Positions 9,319 to 19,994 of a stretch of 64,000 bases of DNA are shown in pieces. The notes beneath the pieces are model-generated. The model ran no database searches. It was not told where the DNA came from and saw nothing but the letters and a program-made list of their open reading frames with translations. The stretch is taken from contig OY969796.1 in the NCBI GenBank assembly GCA_963703155.1, positions 3,766,325 to 3,830,324 of the forward strand, given 5' to 3'. This DNA comes from an uncultured Chloroflexia bacterium (lineage in GTDB: Bacteria; Chloroflexota; Limnocylindria; Limnocylindrales; CSP1-4). The translations under genes were made by a program, and so were the position numbers. The stretch's first letter is position 1. Every line of letters starts with the position of its first letter.

Positions 9319-10464
9319 TCAGAAGCCGAAGGACGTCACGAACTGGTCGATGTTGTCCTTGTTGAACACGAATGGCGGCCCGAGGACGACAACGCTGTCC
9401 TTGCCGATGGTGTACGGCTGACCGTTGTTGAGGGACGGGACCGTGAAGGTCTCGCCCTCGGTGCCCTTGATCGTCCCGGCAGCCAGCTGCGAGGCCACGG
9501 CGTACGCGAGGTAGCCGAGGTCGGTGACGTTCCAGAGCGCGAACTCGGGCGACTCGCCGCCCTTGACGTAGTCGACCATGCCCTTGGGGGTGCCGAGGCC
9601 GGTCACGAAGACGGAGCCCGTCTTCTTGGCGGCGCGGACGACCTGGGCGGCGGCAACGATGCCGACGGTGGTCGGGGCGATGATGACCTTCAGGTTCGGG
9701 TGCGCCTGGAGGAGCGCCTGCGCCTGCTGGGTCGAGACCTGCGGGTCGTCGTTGCCGTAGACAACGCCGTCGAGCACGAGCTTGCTGTACTTGGCGTCCT
9801 TGAGGGTCGTCTTCATGGCGTCGATCCAGGCGTTCTGGTTCGTCGCCGACTGCGCGGCCGACAGGACCGCGATCTCGCCGGTGCACGACGGGGCGATGTC
9901 GCAGGCCATGTCGGCGAGGCCCTTGCCGATGCCGGCCGTGTCGGCCTGGTTCACGAAGACGTTGTAGGCGCCGACGGCCGGGCTGGAGTCGTAGCCGACG
10001 ACCTTGATGCCCGCCTGCATGGCGGCCTTGAGGGCCGGGGCGACGGCGGTGGCGTCGTCAGCGGAGATGATGATCGCGCCCACGCCCTGGGTGGTGGCCG
10101 TCTGGATGAACGGCACCTGCTGGGTGGCGTCGGCGGCGCTGGGGCCAACCTGGGTGACCGTGCCGCCGAGGTCGGCGGCGGCCTTCTGGGCGCCCTTGAA
10201 GGCGACGTCGAAGTACGGGTTGTTGATCTGCTTGGGGATCACGACTGCCGTGACACCCGCGGATCCGGCCTGGGATGCCGGGGCCGAGGCCGGGGCGACC
10301 GACGCCGGGGCGACCGACGCCGGGGCGACCGACGCGGGTGCCTGCGAGGCCGGGGCCGCCTGGGATGCGGGAGCGGAGCTGGGGGTGGACGAGCTGCAGG
10401 CCGACAGCACGATGGCTGCCGTCGTGAGCCCGACCGCGAATCTTCGGACCGAAGTTCCGGTCAT
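9319..10464 (-). CDS. rhaS: rhamnose ABC transporter substrate-binding lipoprotein
   Basis: Lipobox LSAC, a Pro/Ala/Ser linker, and a periplasmic-binding-protein type I sugar-binding fold (KQINNPYFD...VVGYDS). Confidence 0.75.
   Translation of the reverse strand: MTGTSVRRFAVGLTTAAIVLSACSSSTPSSAPASQAAPASQAPASVAPASVAPASVAPASAPASQAGSAGVTAVVIPKQINNPYFDVAFKGAQKAAADLGGTVTQVGPSAADATQQVPFIQTATTQGVGAIIISADDATAVAPALKAAMQAGIKVVGYDSSPAVGAYNVFVNQADTAGIGKGLADMACDIAPSCTGEIAVLSAAQSATNQNAWIDAMKTTLKDAKYSKLVLDGVVYGNDDPQVSTQQAQALLQAHPNLKVIIAPTTVGIVAAAQVVRAAKKTGSVFVTGLGTPKGMVDYVKGGESPEFALWNVTDLGYLAYAVASQLAAGTIKGTEGETFTVPSLNNGQPYTIGKDSVVVLGPPFVFNKDNIDQFVTSFGF
10291..10340. repeat. tandem 15-bp repeat x3 (gcgaccgacgccggg) encoding the PASVA linker of the binding protein
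   Basis: Repeated nucleotide unit and PASVAPASVAPASVAPAS seen in the sequence. Confidence 0.6.
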
Positions 10465-10488
10465 GTGTCTACGTGTCCTCCTCACGGG

Positions 10489-11535
10489 TTAGGGGTTGAC
10501 CTCGCCGGCAGCGATCGAGCCGGCCGGCGGACGCCGACCCCTTCGAGCACGATCGGCAACTGCCTTGGCTTGGCGAGCGAGTTGGGGGACGATGACCGAG
10601 AAGACCAGGAGCAGCCCGACGGCGATGCCCTGGTACTCGCTCGAGACACCGGCGAGCCGCAGGACGTTCTGCAGCACCGCGAGTACGAAGACGGCCAGCA
10701 CGACCCCGGGGATCGAGCCCTTGCCGCCGTTGATGTCGACACCGCCCAGCAGCACGACGGTGACCACGGTCAGGGTCATGCCCGTGCCGTTGTCGTTGCG
10801 TGCCGACGAGAAGCGGGCGGCCAGGATGATCCCGGCCAGGGCGGATACAAGCCCGCTGAGAATGAACAGGCGGGTCCGCATCGCGCTCACCGGGACGCCC
10901 GAGTAGCGCGCGGCGTCCTTGCTCTTGCCGATCGCGAAGACCTGGCGGCCGATCCACGTCCCGTGGGTGACCAGCCAGAACACGACCGCGAGGATCGCGA
11001 ACACGACGAGCGCGTAGGGGATGGGCGACTTGAGGATGGTGCCGAAGCCGAACTCGGTGAACCAGTCCGGCCACACGCTGATGACCTTGGGGCCCAGAAG
11101 CACGTTCGCCAGGCCGCGGAACAGGGCCAGCGTGCCGAGCGTGACCACCAGGGCGGGCAGGCCGGCCCGGGTCACGAGCGCGCCGTTCACCCAGCCGCCG
11201 AGCGCCCCGACCACCAAGACCACCACGATGGCCAGGGGGAGCGGGAGCCCGGCCACCATCAGGGTGCCGAGGATCGCGCCTGCGAGGCCCACCATCGATT
11301 CGACCGAAAGGTCGATGTCGCCCGTGATGATGATCAGCGTCATCGGCAGGGCGATGATCGCCACCTCCATCACGGAGCTGCTGAGGTTCGCGAAGTTGTT
11401 CCCGGTCAGGAACACCTTCGAGAGCTGGGTGCCTGCGAACACGAGGCCCGCGAGCAGGATGACGAGCAGCGTCTCCCAGCGGGCGAACGAGCCCAGGCTG
11501 ACGCGGCGCCGCGCGACGGCGGCCGGAGCCGTCAT
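10489..11535 (-). CDS. rhaQ: sugar ABC transporter permease
   Basis: Multi-pass membrane protein of the branched sugar permease family. The ATG at 11535 overlaps the upstream stop (ATGA). Confidence 0.75.
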   Translation of the reverse strand: MTAPAAVARRRVSLGSFARWETLLVILLAGLVFAGTQLSKVFLTGNNFANLSSSVMEVAIIALPMTLIIITGDIDLSVESMVGLAGAILGTLMVAGLPLPLAIVVVLVVGALGGWVNGALVTRAGLPALVVTLGTLALFRGLANVLLGPKVISVWPDWFTEFGFGTILKSPIPYALVVFAILAVVFWLVTHGTWIGRQVFAIGKSKDAARYSGVPVSAMRTRLFILSGLVSALAGIILAARFSSARNDNGTGMTLTVVTVVLLGGVDINGGKGSIPGVVLAVFVLAVLQNVLRLAGVSSEYQGIAVGLLLVFSVIVPQLARQAKAVADRARRGRRPPAGSIAAGEVNP

Positions 11536-12563
11536 CGGGCTGCCTCCCGGGCGGCTGCCTGACTGAGGTGCCGGCGGCTCAGGACCGCGTCGGCGCTGAC
11601 GGCGACCAGGATCACCGCGCCGTAGATCGCCTGGAGGAGCTCCTGCGGCAGCTGGAGCACCAGCAAGGCGTTGTTGATCAGGGCGAGGAACAGCGCACCC
11701 AGCGCGGCCCCGACCACGGTGCCGGTGCCGCCCGCGATTGAGACCCCGCCAACCACCACGGCGGCCACGATCTGGAGCACGACGCCGCTCGCCGAGGTGG
11801 CGTAGATGGTGCCGAAGTAGATGCCCCACATGATCCCGGCGATGCCGCCGAGCAGGCCCGCCAGGGCGAACACGGAGAAGGTGACCAGGCGTGACCGGAT
11901 GCCCAGGATGGCAGCGGCCTCGGCGTTGCTGCCCACGGCGTAGATCTGGCGCCCGAACCGGGTCTTCCAGAGCATCAGTCCCACGGCCGCCACGATGACC
12001 ACGGCGATCAGCACGAAGACCGGGATCCCCAGAACCGTGTCGGTGGCCAGGTTCGCGTAGCCGGGCGGCAGGTCGACGAGGTTGACCTCCTTGCCGCCGG
12101 CGATGATGAACACGAAGCCGCGGAAGATGCTCAGCGTGCCCAGCGTCACCACGATCGCAGGGATCCGGAACAGCGCGATCACCGCGCCGTTGGCCATGCC
12201 GAGCAGCAGGCCGACGCCCATCCCCAGCAGCCAGGCGGCGGGCACGGAGACCTCGCCCGAGCGCAGCATCACGCCCACCAGGAACGCGACCAGGCCGATC
12301 GTCGATTCGAGCGACATGTCGATGTTCTTGGTCATCACGACCATCGCCTCGCCCGCGGCGACGATCGCGATGATCGCGGCCAGCGCGGTGACCTGGCCGA
12401 GGTTCGAGGCGGACAGGAACTGCGGGGCGCCCGTGCTCACGAGCGCGGCCATCGCCACCATCAGGGCCACGAGGGTCAACTCGCGCGAGCGGCCCAGCGC
12501 CTCGACGACACGGCCGATGACGCTCCGGCCGCCGCGGGCCTCGGGCATTGCGCTAGCGGCCAT
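11532..12563 (-). CDS. rhaP: sugar ABC transporter permease
   Basis: 343 aa hydrophobic permease. Confidence 0.75.
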   Translation of the reverse strand: MAASAMPEARGGRSVIGRVVEALGRSRELTLVALMVAMAALVSTGAPQFLSASNLGQVTALAAIIAIVAAGEAMVVMTKNIDMSLESTIGLVAFLVGVMLRSGEVSVPAAWLLGMGVGLLLGMANGAVIALFRIPAIVVTLGTLSIFRGFVFIIAGGKEVNLVDLPPGYANLATDTVLGIPVFVLIAVVIVAAVGLMLWKTRFGRQIYAVGSNAEAAAILGIRSRLVTFSVFALAGLLGGIAGIMWGIYFGTIYATSASGVVLQIVAAVVVGGVSIAGGTGTVVGAALGALFLALINNALLVLQLPQELLQAIYGAVILVAVSADAVLSRRHLSQAAAREAAR

Positions 12564-14070
12564 CGCTGGCCCCCATGCCCGCTGCCTCGACCTGCCCCGT
12601 GGCGGCGAACATGACCCGCTCCTCGGAGGCGTCGGCGCGGGCGATCTCGGCGGCGATGCGGCCCTCGTGGAGGACGAGGATCCGGTCGCTCATCGCGAGC
12701 ACTTCGGGCAGATCGGACGAGATCATGATGATCGCGAGGCCGGTCGCGGCGAGCTCGGACACGATCCGGTGCACCTCGACCTTGGCGCCAATGTCCACGC
12801 CTCGGGTCGGCTCGTCGAGGATCAGCACCCGGGGCTGGGTGGCCAGCCACTTGGCGATGACCACCTTCTGCTGGTTGCCGCCCGAGAGCGCCGAAACCGC
12901 CTGGCCGACCCCGGTCGCCCGGACGCGCAGCCGCTCCGAGAAGCGCGTCGCGACCTCGTCCTCCTCCCGCGACCGGAGGAAGAGTCGCGGGAAGAGTCGA
13001 GGCAGGATCGGGAGCGTGATGTTGTTGGCGATCGAGAAGTCGAGGATCAGGCCGTCCTGGTGGCGGTCCTCAGGCACGTAGGCGATCCCGGCGCGGAGCG
13101 CCTCCGCGGGCGACCGGAACGTGACGGGCCGACCCTCGAGGAGCACCTCGCCCGAGGTCCGCGGCTCGATGCCGAACAGCACCCGCGCGATCTCCGTGCG
13201 GCCCGCGCCCACCAGCCCCGCGAGCCCCAGGATCTCGCCAGCCCGCACGGTGAACGAGACGTCCGAGAACCCGGCCGCGTCGGAGAGGTGGCGCACCTCG
13301 AGCAGCGGCTCGCCGGGCGTGCTGGCCTCCTTGGGGAACAGCGACACCTCACGGCCCACCATGTAGCGCACGAGCGAGGCGGTGGTGAGCTCCGTCGTGG
13401 GCGCGGTGACGACGCGGCGCCCATCGCGGAAGACCGTGGCGCGGTCGCACAGCGCGAAGACCTCGTCGAGGCGGTGGCTCACGAACAGGACCGCGACGCC
13501 GCGCTCCTTCGTGCGCCGGACGATCGAGAACAGCCGCTCCACCTCGTGGGTCGAGAGCGACGCCGTCGGCTCGTCGAGGATCAGGACGCGGGCGTCGATC
13601 GAGAGGGCCTTGGCGATCTCGATCAACTGCTGGTCGGCCATCGAGAGGCCGCGCACGGGCGCGGACACGTCGATCTTGACGTCGAGCTGCTCGAACAGGT
13701 CGGCCGCCCGGCGGCGCATCTCCTTCCAAGCGATGGTGTGGAGGCGGTCTGTCGGGGGTGCGATGAGGAAGATGTTCTCGGCGACCGACAGGTCGGGGAA
13801 GAGGCGCGGCTCCTGGTGGACCACCGCGATCCGCATGGCTCGGGCGGCTGCCGGGCTGGGGATCGAGATGAGCTCGCCGTCGAGCCGGATCACGCCAGCG
13901 TCAGGCTGGTGGACACCGGCAATCGTCTTGACCAGCGTGCTCTTGCCGGCGCCGTTCTCTCCCACGAGGGCGTGGATCTCGCCCGGCAACAGCTCCAGCG
14001 ACACGTCCGTGAGGGCGGCGGTCGCCGCGAAGCGCTTCGAGATGCCGGTGAGTTCGAGGCGCGCGGTCAT
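12553..14070 (-). CDS. rhaT: sugar ABC transporter ATP-binding protein (two NBDs)
   Basis: Walker [10 protein letters not shown], signature LSGGNQQK, and a duplicated NBD. 505 aa. Confidence 0.85.
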   Translation of the reverse strand: MTARLELTGISKRFAATAALTDVSLELLPGEIHALVGENGAGKSTLVKTIAGVHQPDAGVIRLDGELISIPSPAAARAMRIAVVHQEPRLFPDLSVAENIFLIAPPTDRLHTIAWKEMRRRAADLFEQLDVKIDVSAPVRGLSMADQQLIEIAKALSIDARVLILDEPTASLSTHEVERLFSIVRRTKERGVAVLFVSHRLDEVFALCDRATVFRDGRRVVTAPTTELTTASLVRYMVGREVSLFPKEASTPGEPLLEVRHLSDAAGFSDVSFTVRAGEILGLAGLVGAGRTEIARVLFGIEPRTSGEVLLEGRPVTFRSPAEALRAGIAYVPEDRHQDGLILDFSIANNITLPILPRLFPRLFLRSREEDEVATRFSERLRVRATGVGQAVSALSGGNQQKVVIAKWLATQPRVLILDEPTRGVDIGAKVEVHRIVSELAATGLAIIMISSDLPEVLAMSDRILVLHEGRIAAEIARADASEERVMFAATGQVEAAGMGASDGR

Positions 14071-14180
14071 CGCCCGCTCTCGGCAGGGGCGATCTGCCCG
14101 ACCGTCGTGCGACGCGCGCTGACCCGGCTCACGGCGCCAGTAGCCACGTCCACGAAGTCAGCCACCTCCCAGAGCGCAGG

Positions 14181-14194
14181 TTGAAGCGCTTCAA
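14181..14194. promoter_or_regulatory. perfect 14-bp palindrome TTGAAGCGCTTCAA, a LacI-family operator candidate; related half-sites at 14339-14350 and 14403-14416
   Basis: Located in the rhaT/rhaR divergent intergenic region. The motif recurs three times. Confidence 0.5.
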
Positions 14195-14497
14195 TCCATC
14201 ATGAATGGTTGCGGCATCCGACGTCAATAGGCAACTTCTGAAACTGTCTCGCAATGCGGCCTGGGCGACTCGCTTCGGCGCGCCTGAATGACAATTCCAC
14301 GCTTGCGCACCTGGCATCGACCGGTCGTGCCCCGTCCCATTGAAGCGCACTCGGGCGTGGATCGACCGGTCAGCGCCTTCGAGAACTTCCTTGACAGGGC
14401 ATGTGAAGCGGTTCACTTCGCGCGTATGATCACGGCAGGCTCACGCCCATCCACCCCAGAATGGCGAGGTGGGTGCCAGGCTCGGGAGCAGGAGGGG

Positions 14498-15553
14498 ATG
14501 GCTGGCATGACCAGCGAGGCCAGGCCGATGCGGGGACCGCTCCTGCGCGATGTCGCGCAGCGGGCAGGCGTCGCCACGGGCACCGTGTCGAACGTCCTCC
14601 ACAACCCGGCCAAGGTCGCGCCCGAGACGCTCGCCAGGGTTCAGGCGGTCATCGCCGAGCTTGGCTACGTCCCCAACGCGGCGGCGCGACAGCTCAGCCG
14701 GGGACGGAGCGGCTCCGTCGGCCTCCTGGTCCTCGACGCGCGGAACCCGTTCTTCAACGACCTCGCCGCAGGGGTCGAGGAGGCCGCGGGCAGCATGGAC
14801 CTCGCCGTCCTGCTCGCCACGAGCGCCGAGCGGGCCGATCGCGAGCGCCTGTACCTGGACCGCTTCGAACAGAGCCGCGTGGACGGCCTGCTCGTCACGC
14901 CGGTCGGCGGGTCGGTCAAGCAGCTCAAGGCGATCCGCGACCGGGGCACGCCCATCGTCCTGCTCGACCGCCTGACCACCACGCTAGGCTTCAGCTCCGT
15001 CGCTGTCGACGACATCGAGGGCGGCCGCCTCGCCGGCCAGCACCTCGTCGACGTCGGCTGCCGGCGGATCGCCTTCGTGGGCGGGCCGGTCACCCTCGAG
15101 CAGGTCCGGAACCGGCTCGCCGGGGCCGGGCGGGCGGCAGAGGCAGCTGGCGTGGGGCTGTCACACCTCGCCACCACGCGGATGTCTGCCGAGGAGGGCC
15201 GGCGGATCGGGTCCGAGATCGCGGCGATGCCGCGCCACGAGCGGCCCGACGGCGTCTTCGCCGCGAACGACCTGCTCGCGCTCGCGATCCTCCAGGCGCT
15301 GACGCTGGCCGGGATCCGGGTGCCCGACGAGGTCGCCGTGATCGGCTATGACGACATCGCGTTCGCCGCGCTGGCCGGCGTCCCGCTGTCCTCGATCCGC
15401 CAGCCGGCCTACCAGATGGGCCGCCGGGCGATGGAGCTGCTCGCGGGCGCGATGCAGGCTGATGCGGAGAGCTGGGCCACCTCCCAGCAGGTCGTGTTCA
15501 TGCCCGAGCTCGCCGCCCGCGCGTCCACGCTCCGCGATGGAACCCCGGACTAG
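14498..15553 (+). CDS. LacI family transcriptional regulator (rhamnose locus)
   Basis: HTH LRDVAQRAGVATGTVSNVLHNP plus a periplasmic-binding-like effector domain. GGAGGGG sits upstream of the ATG at 14498. Confidence 0.8.
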   Translation: MAGMTSEARPMRGPLLRDVAQRAGVATGTVSNVLHNPAKVAPETLARVQAVIAELGYVPNAAARQLSRGRSGSVGLLVLDARNPFFNDLAAGVEEAAGSMDLAVLLATSAERADRERLYLDRFEQSRVDGLLVTPVGGSVKQLKAIRDRGTPIVLLDRLTTTLGFSSVAVDDIEGGRLAGQHLVDVGCRRIAFVGGPVTLEQVRNRLAGAGRAAEAAGVGLSHLATTRMSAEEGRRIGSEIAAMPRHERPDGVFAANDLLALAILQALTLAGIRVPDEVAVIGYDDIAFAALAGVPLSSIRQPAYQMGRRAMELLAGAMQADAESWATSQQVVFMPELAARASTLRDGTPD

Positions 15554-15576
15554 CGGGGAACGGCGCTCGCGATCTG

Positions 15577-15990
15577 TCAGGCGGGCCGAGGAACCGCATC
15601 GGATCCGCGCCGGGCTGGCGCGTGCTGCGGTGCCCGCGCCGCGAGGTAGACGAGGGCGCCCAGCAGCGGGACCTGGATGATCCGCAGGGTGACGCCCCAG
15701 ACCTCGAACGGCGGCGTGCGCTGCTTCGACACGTCGATGTAGGCCCAGTAGACGAAGACCTGGAAGACCACGCCCAGGATCCACACCCAGCGTCGGTCGG
15801 ACCGGACGAGCAGGATCGCGCCCAGCAGGAACGCACCGCCGGCCATCGCGCCGAAGGCGAGCAGGAAGGTCCTGTCCGACCCCGACCCGCCGAGGTCCAG
15901 CACTCCGAGGCCGATGCCGAAGTAGATCAACGCCATCACGGATGCGACGGCGGCCCCGGCCAGCCGGATTGCGCGCCGGGCGGTTCGCAT
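15577..15990 (-). CDS. hypothetical membrane protein
   Basis: 137 aa with 4 predicted TM helices. Confidence 0.5.
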   Translation of the reverse strand: MRTARRAIRLAGAAVASVMALIYFGIGLGVLDLGGSGSDRTFLLAFGAMAGGAFLLGAILLVRSDRRWVWILGVVFQVFVYWAYIDVSKQRTPPFEVWGVTLRIIQVPLLGALVYLAARAPQHAPARRGSDAVPRPA

Positions 15991-16022
15991 CGTCAGTCGT
16001 CCTTCCTGGGACGCACAGCGCT

Positions 16023-16271
16023 CTAGCCGTTCAGGTGCTGGAAGACTTTGTACACCAGCAGGGCCGGCCAGACGATCGCCTTGGGTGCCGCCAGCGCCTT
16101 GTCCCGTCCGGTCTGGGCCGACGTGACGAAGTACACGAGCGCGCCGATCATGCCGATCCCGTAGACGGCGCCCCCTCCCCCGCCTGTTGAGCCGTCCGGT
16201 CGCGGCCGGGTGGCCTTCCACGGCGCCTGCCGATCCACCGGGAGGACGGGGGCTTCAACTGCGGCGTTCAT
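16023..16271 (-). CDS. hypothetical small membrane protein
   Basis: 82 aa with two hydrophobic helices. Confidence 0.4.
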   Translation of the reverse strand: MNAAVEAPVLPVDRQAPWKATRPRPDGSTGGGGGAVYGIGMIGALVYFVTSAQTGRDKALAAPKAIVWPALLVYKVFQHLNG

Positions 16272-16544
16272 CGCTCTTGACTCCTACGTGCTGCGGTCGC
16301 GGCGTGATTCCCGACAGCACGACGGTAGGCCCCGCGCGATCCGCCGCCCAGCCCGCCTCCCGGCATCTTCAGGGTGGGGATTGCCCCATGCCGGACCAGC
16401 CTGGTGGGACGCTTCGGTCGGCGGAGGCCCCAGCGCCCGTCGTCGCGGCCCACGAGGCGGGGCAGCGGGCCCGTCCGGGGCGGATCGCGGCGCGACCCGG
16501 CGGTAGGCCGTTCGGCGGGACCCAGCCGCAACGCGGCGGCGGAC

Positions 16545-17180
16545 TCACTCGACGCGTTGACGACCCTCGGCGTACAGCCCGCGGATCGCGAGGTCGAGGA
16601 GGCGTGCCGAGGTCTCGGCGCCCTCCGGTGAGCCCTCGCCCGACCGTGCGATCGCGGTCGCGAGCTTGAAGACGTCGTCGAGCTCAAGCTGGGGATCGAT
16701 CCTGCCGGCGGCCTTTGCCGCGTCGAGCAGCTTCCCGCCGGTGACGAAGACATTGGCTCGACACTGGGCGAAGACGGCCCGCTGCTCGGGCGCATCGCTC
16801 GAGAGCGCCCCCGCCAGACCCCGCTTCTCCCCGACATAGCTGACGAAGCGCCGAAGCCATGCAGCGAACGCCTCATCCGGCGGCAAGGTCACGAGCAGCC
16901 GCTCACCCTCGGCGCACAACTCGTCCACGACCTCGCGATAGACGGCCTCGAGCAGCGCGTGACGCGTTGGGAAGTGCCGGTAGAGGGTGCCGGGGCCGAC
17001 GCCTGCGGTGCGGGCGATCTCGTCGAGCGATGCGCTCGGTCCCTTGGCAGCAAAGGCGGTTCGAGCGGCGGCCACGAGGAGCGCGACATTGCGGACGGCG
17101 TCAGCGCGCTTGGCCCGCGGGCCAGTGCCCTCCGCGGCTCGAGGCTCTTGTGTCGCCGACCCCCTCGCAAGGGAATCCAT
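16545..17180 (-). CDS. TetR/AcrR family transcriptional regulator
   Basis: N-terminal HTH (LDEIARTAGVGPGTLYRHFPTRHAL) and divergent pairing with the MFS pump gene. Confidence 0.8.
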   Translation of the reverse strand: MDSLARGSATQEPRAAEGTGPRAKRADAVRNVALLVAAARTAFAAKGPSASLDEIARTAGVGPGTLYRHFPTRHALLEAVYREVVDELCAEGERLLVTLPPDEAFAAWLRRFVSYVGEKRGLAGALSSDAPEQRAVFAQCRANVFVTGGKLLDAAKAAGRIDPQLELDDVFKLATAIARSGEGSPEGAETSARLLDLAIRGLYAEGRQRVE

Positions 17181-17193
17181 CACTGCTCCTGCC

Positions 17194-17258
17194 TTGACAA
17201 CCGGAGACTGTCTCCGTATAGTTCCCGCCACGTAACCGGAGTCGCTCTCCGACTACGA
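17194..17258 (+). promoter_or_regulatory. sigma70-like promoter TTGACA-N17-TATAGT with the 15-bp palindrome CGGAGACTGTCTCCG in the spacer; second IR CGGAGtcgctCTCCG; candidate TetR operators for the MFS gene
   Basis: Seen in sequence at 17194-17222 and 17243-17258. Confidence 0.5.
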
Positions 17259-17402
17259 CGCCCATACTAGCAGGTGGCCGCCAGGGATCCACGCAGCCAC
17301 CGCGCGCAAGAATGCAAGGAGTCCTGCGTCCCCGTGTCCCTGTTCACTCGCGCCCCTGAGCGGCAGCGCCCTGACGCGCCCGCTCCCGGCGACCGACCGG
17401 CG

Positions 17403-18833
17403 ATGACCCTCGCTGCCATCGCCCTCGGCTACCTGATGATCGTGCTCGACGCGACGATCGTGAATGTCGCCCTGCCGAGCATCCAGACGGACCTCCACTT
17501 CGACCGGGCGACCCTCGCCTGGGTCTTCAACGCCTACCTGCTTGCCTTCGGCGGCCTGCTGCTGCTCGGCGGACGGATCGGCGACATCTACGGCCGACGA
17601 CGCGCCTTCACGGTCGGCGTCGCAGTGTTCACGCTGGCGTCGCTGCTCGGCGGGCTGGCGACATCTGCCGCCTGGCTGGTCTCCACCCGCGTGGTCCAGG
17701 GCGTCGGGGCGGCGATGATCGCCCCCAACACGCTGGCCCTTCTGGCGGCCAATTTCCCGGAGGGCCCGAGGCGGACCCGCGCGCTCAGCGTCTACGCCAC
17801 GGTCGCGCTGACGGGCGGCTCGATCGGCCTCTTCCTCGGCGGCCTGATCACGACCTGGGCGTCGTGGCGCTGGGTGATGCTTGTCGTCGTCCCCGTCGGG
17901 GCTGTCGTCGTGCTCATCGTGCCGCGGGTCCTGGCCGAGACCCAGCGTCGTCCCGGGCGATTCGACCTCCCGGGCGCCCTCACCTCGACGCTCGGCATGG
18001 CAAGCCTCGTCTACGGCCTGATCACGGCCGGGGCGGACGGCTGGACGTCGGGCGTCTGGGCGATGCTCGTCTTCGGCGGCGTCCTGCTCACGGCCTTCGC
18101 GGCCATCGAGCAGCGGGCGGGCCAGCCCATCGTGCCGCTGCGGCTGTTCGCTGAGCGGCACCGGGCAGGCTCGTACCTCAACCTGATGCTGCTCACGGGC
18201 GCCATGTTCGGCACCTTCTTCCTCCTGACCCAGTACCTGCAGGACGTGCGCGGGTTCGGCCCGTTCATGGCCGGCCTCGCCTTCCTGCCGCAGACCTTCT
18301 CGGCGATCGTCGCCGTCCGGCTGGTGCCGCGCGCCATCTCCCGGTTCGGGACGCGGGTGCCGATGCTGGCGGGCGGCGCCCTGGCCGCGATTGCGATGGT
18401 CGGGTTCAGCCGCCTCTCCCCGAGCAGCACCTACCTGCCTGACCTCGTCGTGCCGATGATGCTGCTCGGGCTCGGGATCGGCTCAAGTGTCCTGCCCCTC
18501 AACCTCACGATCCTGGCCGGGATCACGAACGAGGACGCCGGCGCTGCCTCGAGCGTCGCCTCGGCGATGCAGTGGGTTGGCGGGTCCCTCGGGATCAGCG
18601 TGCTCGTGAGCGCCTTCGGGGCGGCCACGCGAGGAGCCGCTTCGGCTGGCGCCTCAAGCGTGGCCGTGTTCAGCCTCGGGGCGTCGAGCGCGTTCTCGGT
18701 CGCGGTCGGGTTCATCGTCGCGGCTCTGGTCGTCGTGGCCCTCGTCATCCGCGTGCCGGGCTCCGCTCGGCGCGTCGCCCCCGCAACCGGCGATCCTGCT
18801 CGGCGCGACGCGCCGCACGTCGAGCTCGCCTGA
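17403..18833 (+). CDS. MFS transporter, DHA2 (EmrB/QacA-like) drug-efflux family
   Basis: 476 aa with 14 TM-like segments. Major facilitator signature motif GGRIGDIYGRRR (MFS motif A). Confidence 0.8.
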   Translation: MTLAAIALGYLMIVLDATIVNVALPSIQTDLHFDRATLAWVFNAYLLAFGGLLLLGGRIGDIYGRRRAFTVGVAVFTLASLLGGLATSAAWLVSTRVVQGVGAAMIAPNTLALLAANFPEGPRRTRALSVYATVALTGGSIGLFLGGLITTWASWRWVMLVVVPVGAVVVLIVPRVLAETQRRPGRFDLPGALTSTLGMASLVYGLITAGADGWTSGVWAMLVFGGVLLTAFAAIEQRAGQPIVPLRLFAERHRAGSYLNLMLLTGAMFGTFFLLTQYLQDVRGFGPFMAGLAFLPQTFSAIVAVRLVPRAISRFGTRVPMLAGGALAAIAMVGFSRLSPSSTYLPDLVVPMMLLGLGIGSSVLPLNLTILAGITNEDAGAASSVASAMQWVGGSLGISVLVSAFGAATRGAASAGASSVAVFSLGASSAFSVAVGFIVAALVVVALVIRVPGSARRVAPATGDPARRDAPHVELA

Positions 18834-18872
18834 CCACCCGGGCCTCAGGGCTCGGATCACGGTCGGTCGCGG

Positions 18873-18914
18873 CCGGCGAGAGTCGGGGCCCACCCGCTCT
18901 CGCCGGTCTTTCTG
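18873..18914. terminator. GC-rich hairpin (CCGGCGAGAG...CTCTCGCCGG) followed by TCTTTCTG, between convergent genes
   Basis: 10-bp perfect stem with a 14-nt loop. The T-tract is weak. Confidence 0.35.
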
Positions 18915-18950
18915 CGCCCGCGGCAGGCGAGCCGGGTCCTGAACGCGTGG

Positions 18951-19994
18951 TCAGCCGGCGCTCGGGGCCGGCAGCGGGGCGGGCAGTGGGCCAGTCTGGG
19001 CCTCGGCCAGAGGGGACCGCGCCTCCCCTCGCTGCTCGACCGGTCCGCGGCGATAGGCGCCGGCGATCGTCGCCTCGACGGATGCGGCGTCGGGCCTGGG
19101 CTCGAAGGCAGGAACGAGGAGCGCCGCATGGCGGCCGGGTGCCGGCATGTTCGCGGCGCGGACGACGTGAACGCGCACCGATCCACCCTCGGGCCTTGCG
19201 ATCAGGGTGGTTCCGTCATGCAGGTCCCGCGGCAGGTCATCGAAGCGAAGCTGGAAGAGATCCCAGATGGAGCGGCCCAGCACGCCCACCGCGGCCGGCG
19301 TCGCGTCCACGATCACGCCGCGATCGTCGGTGATGACCACCGCGGGACCCCTCGGGGTGAGGCGGAGCAGGCCGCTCGGGCGAAGCGCGAAGGTCTCGTG
19401 CGTGACGCCCCGGAGTTCGTGCTCGTCGGCGAGCCTGTCCCACCAGGCTGTCACCTGGTCCAGCCTCCCGGCGAGCGCCGTGGCGTCGCGCCAGGCCGTC
19501 AAGACCAGCAGCTCCGCGTCGTCACCGGCCCGTCGACTGGCAACCTGCGAGACGACGACGTCCGTCTGCGCCGGAACAAACTCCCGGGCTGCGCCGAGCT
19601 GGGCGATGACCGCATCCAGTCGGCCCACGGACACTCGGGTCCGCAGGAGCCGGAGGACCGTGGCGTCACCCGGCTCGAACGTGCTGACGACTTGGTCGAC
19701 CAGCTCCCATCGCTCAGTCCTCCCCAGCGCGACGATTGCCGCGATGGGGCCCGTCCGGCGAGGCAGGCGGTTGGCGCGCGCGAACTCGGCGATCGCGTCG
19801 TCTGACTCCCATCCGGACACGAGGGCGATCCGCGCCACCGTGCCCTGGGTTGAGACGCCGAACCAGTGAGCGAAGAGCCCCTCCACGCGCACAACGGAGG
19901 GGCCCTCGTAGAAGGCCTGGAGGTCCGGGTCGGCGGTCTGGAGGAGATCCAGGGGCACGGATGCCTCGAAGACCTGAACCAGACCTGCAGCCAC
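18951..19994 (-). CDS. hypothetical protein (possible duplicated ABM-like alpha+beta domain plus a PAS-like C-terminal region)
   Basis: 347 aa with no confident family. Pattern-based only. Confidence 0.45.
   Translation of the reverse strand: MAAGLVQVFEASVPLDLLQTADPDLQAFYEGPSVVRVEGLFAHWFGVSTQGTVARIALVSGWESDDAIAEFARANRLPRRTGPIAAIVALGRTERWELVDQVVSTFEPGDATVLRLLRTRVSVGRLDAVIAQLGAAREFVPAQTDVVVSQVASRRAGDDAELLVLTAWRDATALAGRLDQVTAWWDRLADEHELRGVTHETFALRPSGLLRLTPRGPAVVITDDRGVIVDATPAAVGVLGRSIWDLFQLRFDDLPRDLHDGTTLIARPEGGSVRVHVVRAANMPAPGRHAALLVPAFEPRPDAASVEATIAGAYRRGPVEQRGEARSPLAEAQTGPLPAPLPAPSAG

Noticed and set aside
9700-11562. 620-aa ORF (and similar 700-886-aa ORFs at 12082-14184, 53212-55824, 57081-59741) antisense to the transporter, kinase and CoxL genes
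   Set aside because: Highly biased R/G/D/H composition with no domain signatures. The opposite strands carry clear homologs. Stop-poor antisense frames of GC-rich DNA.
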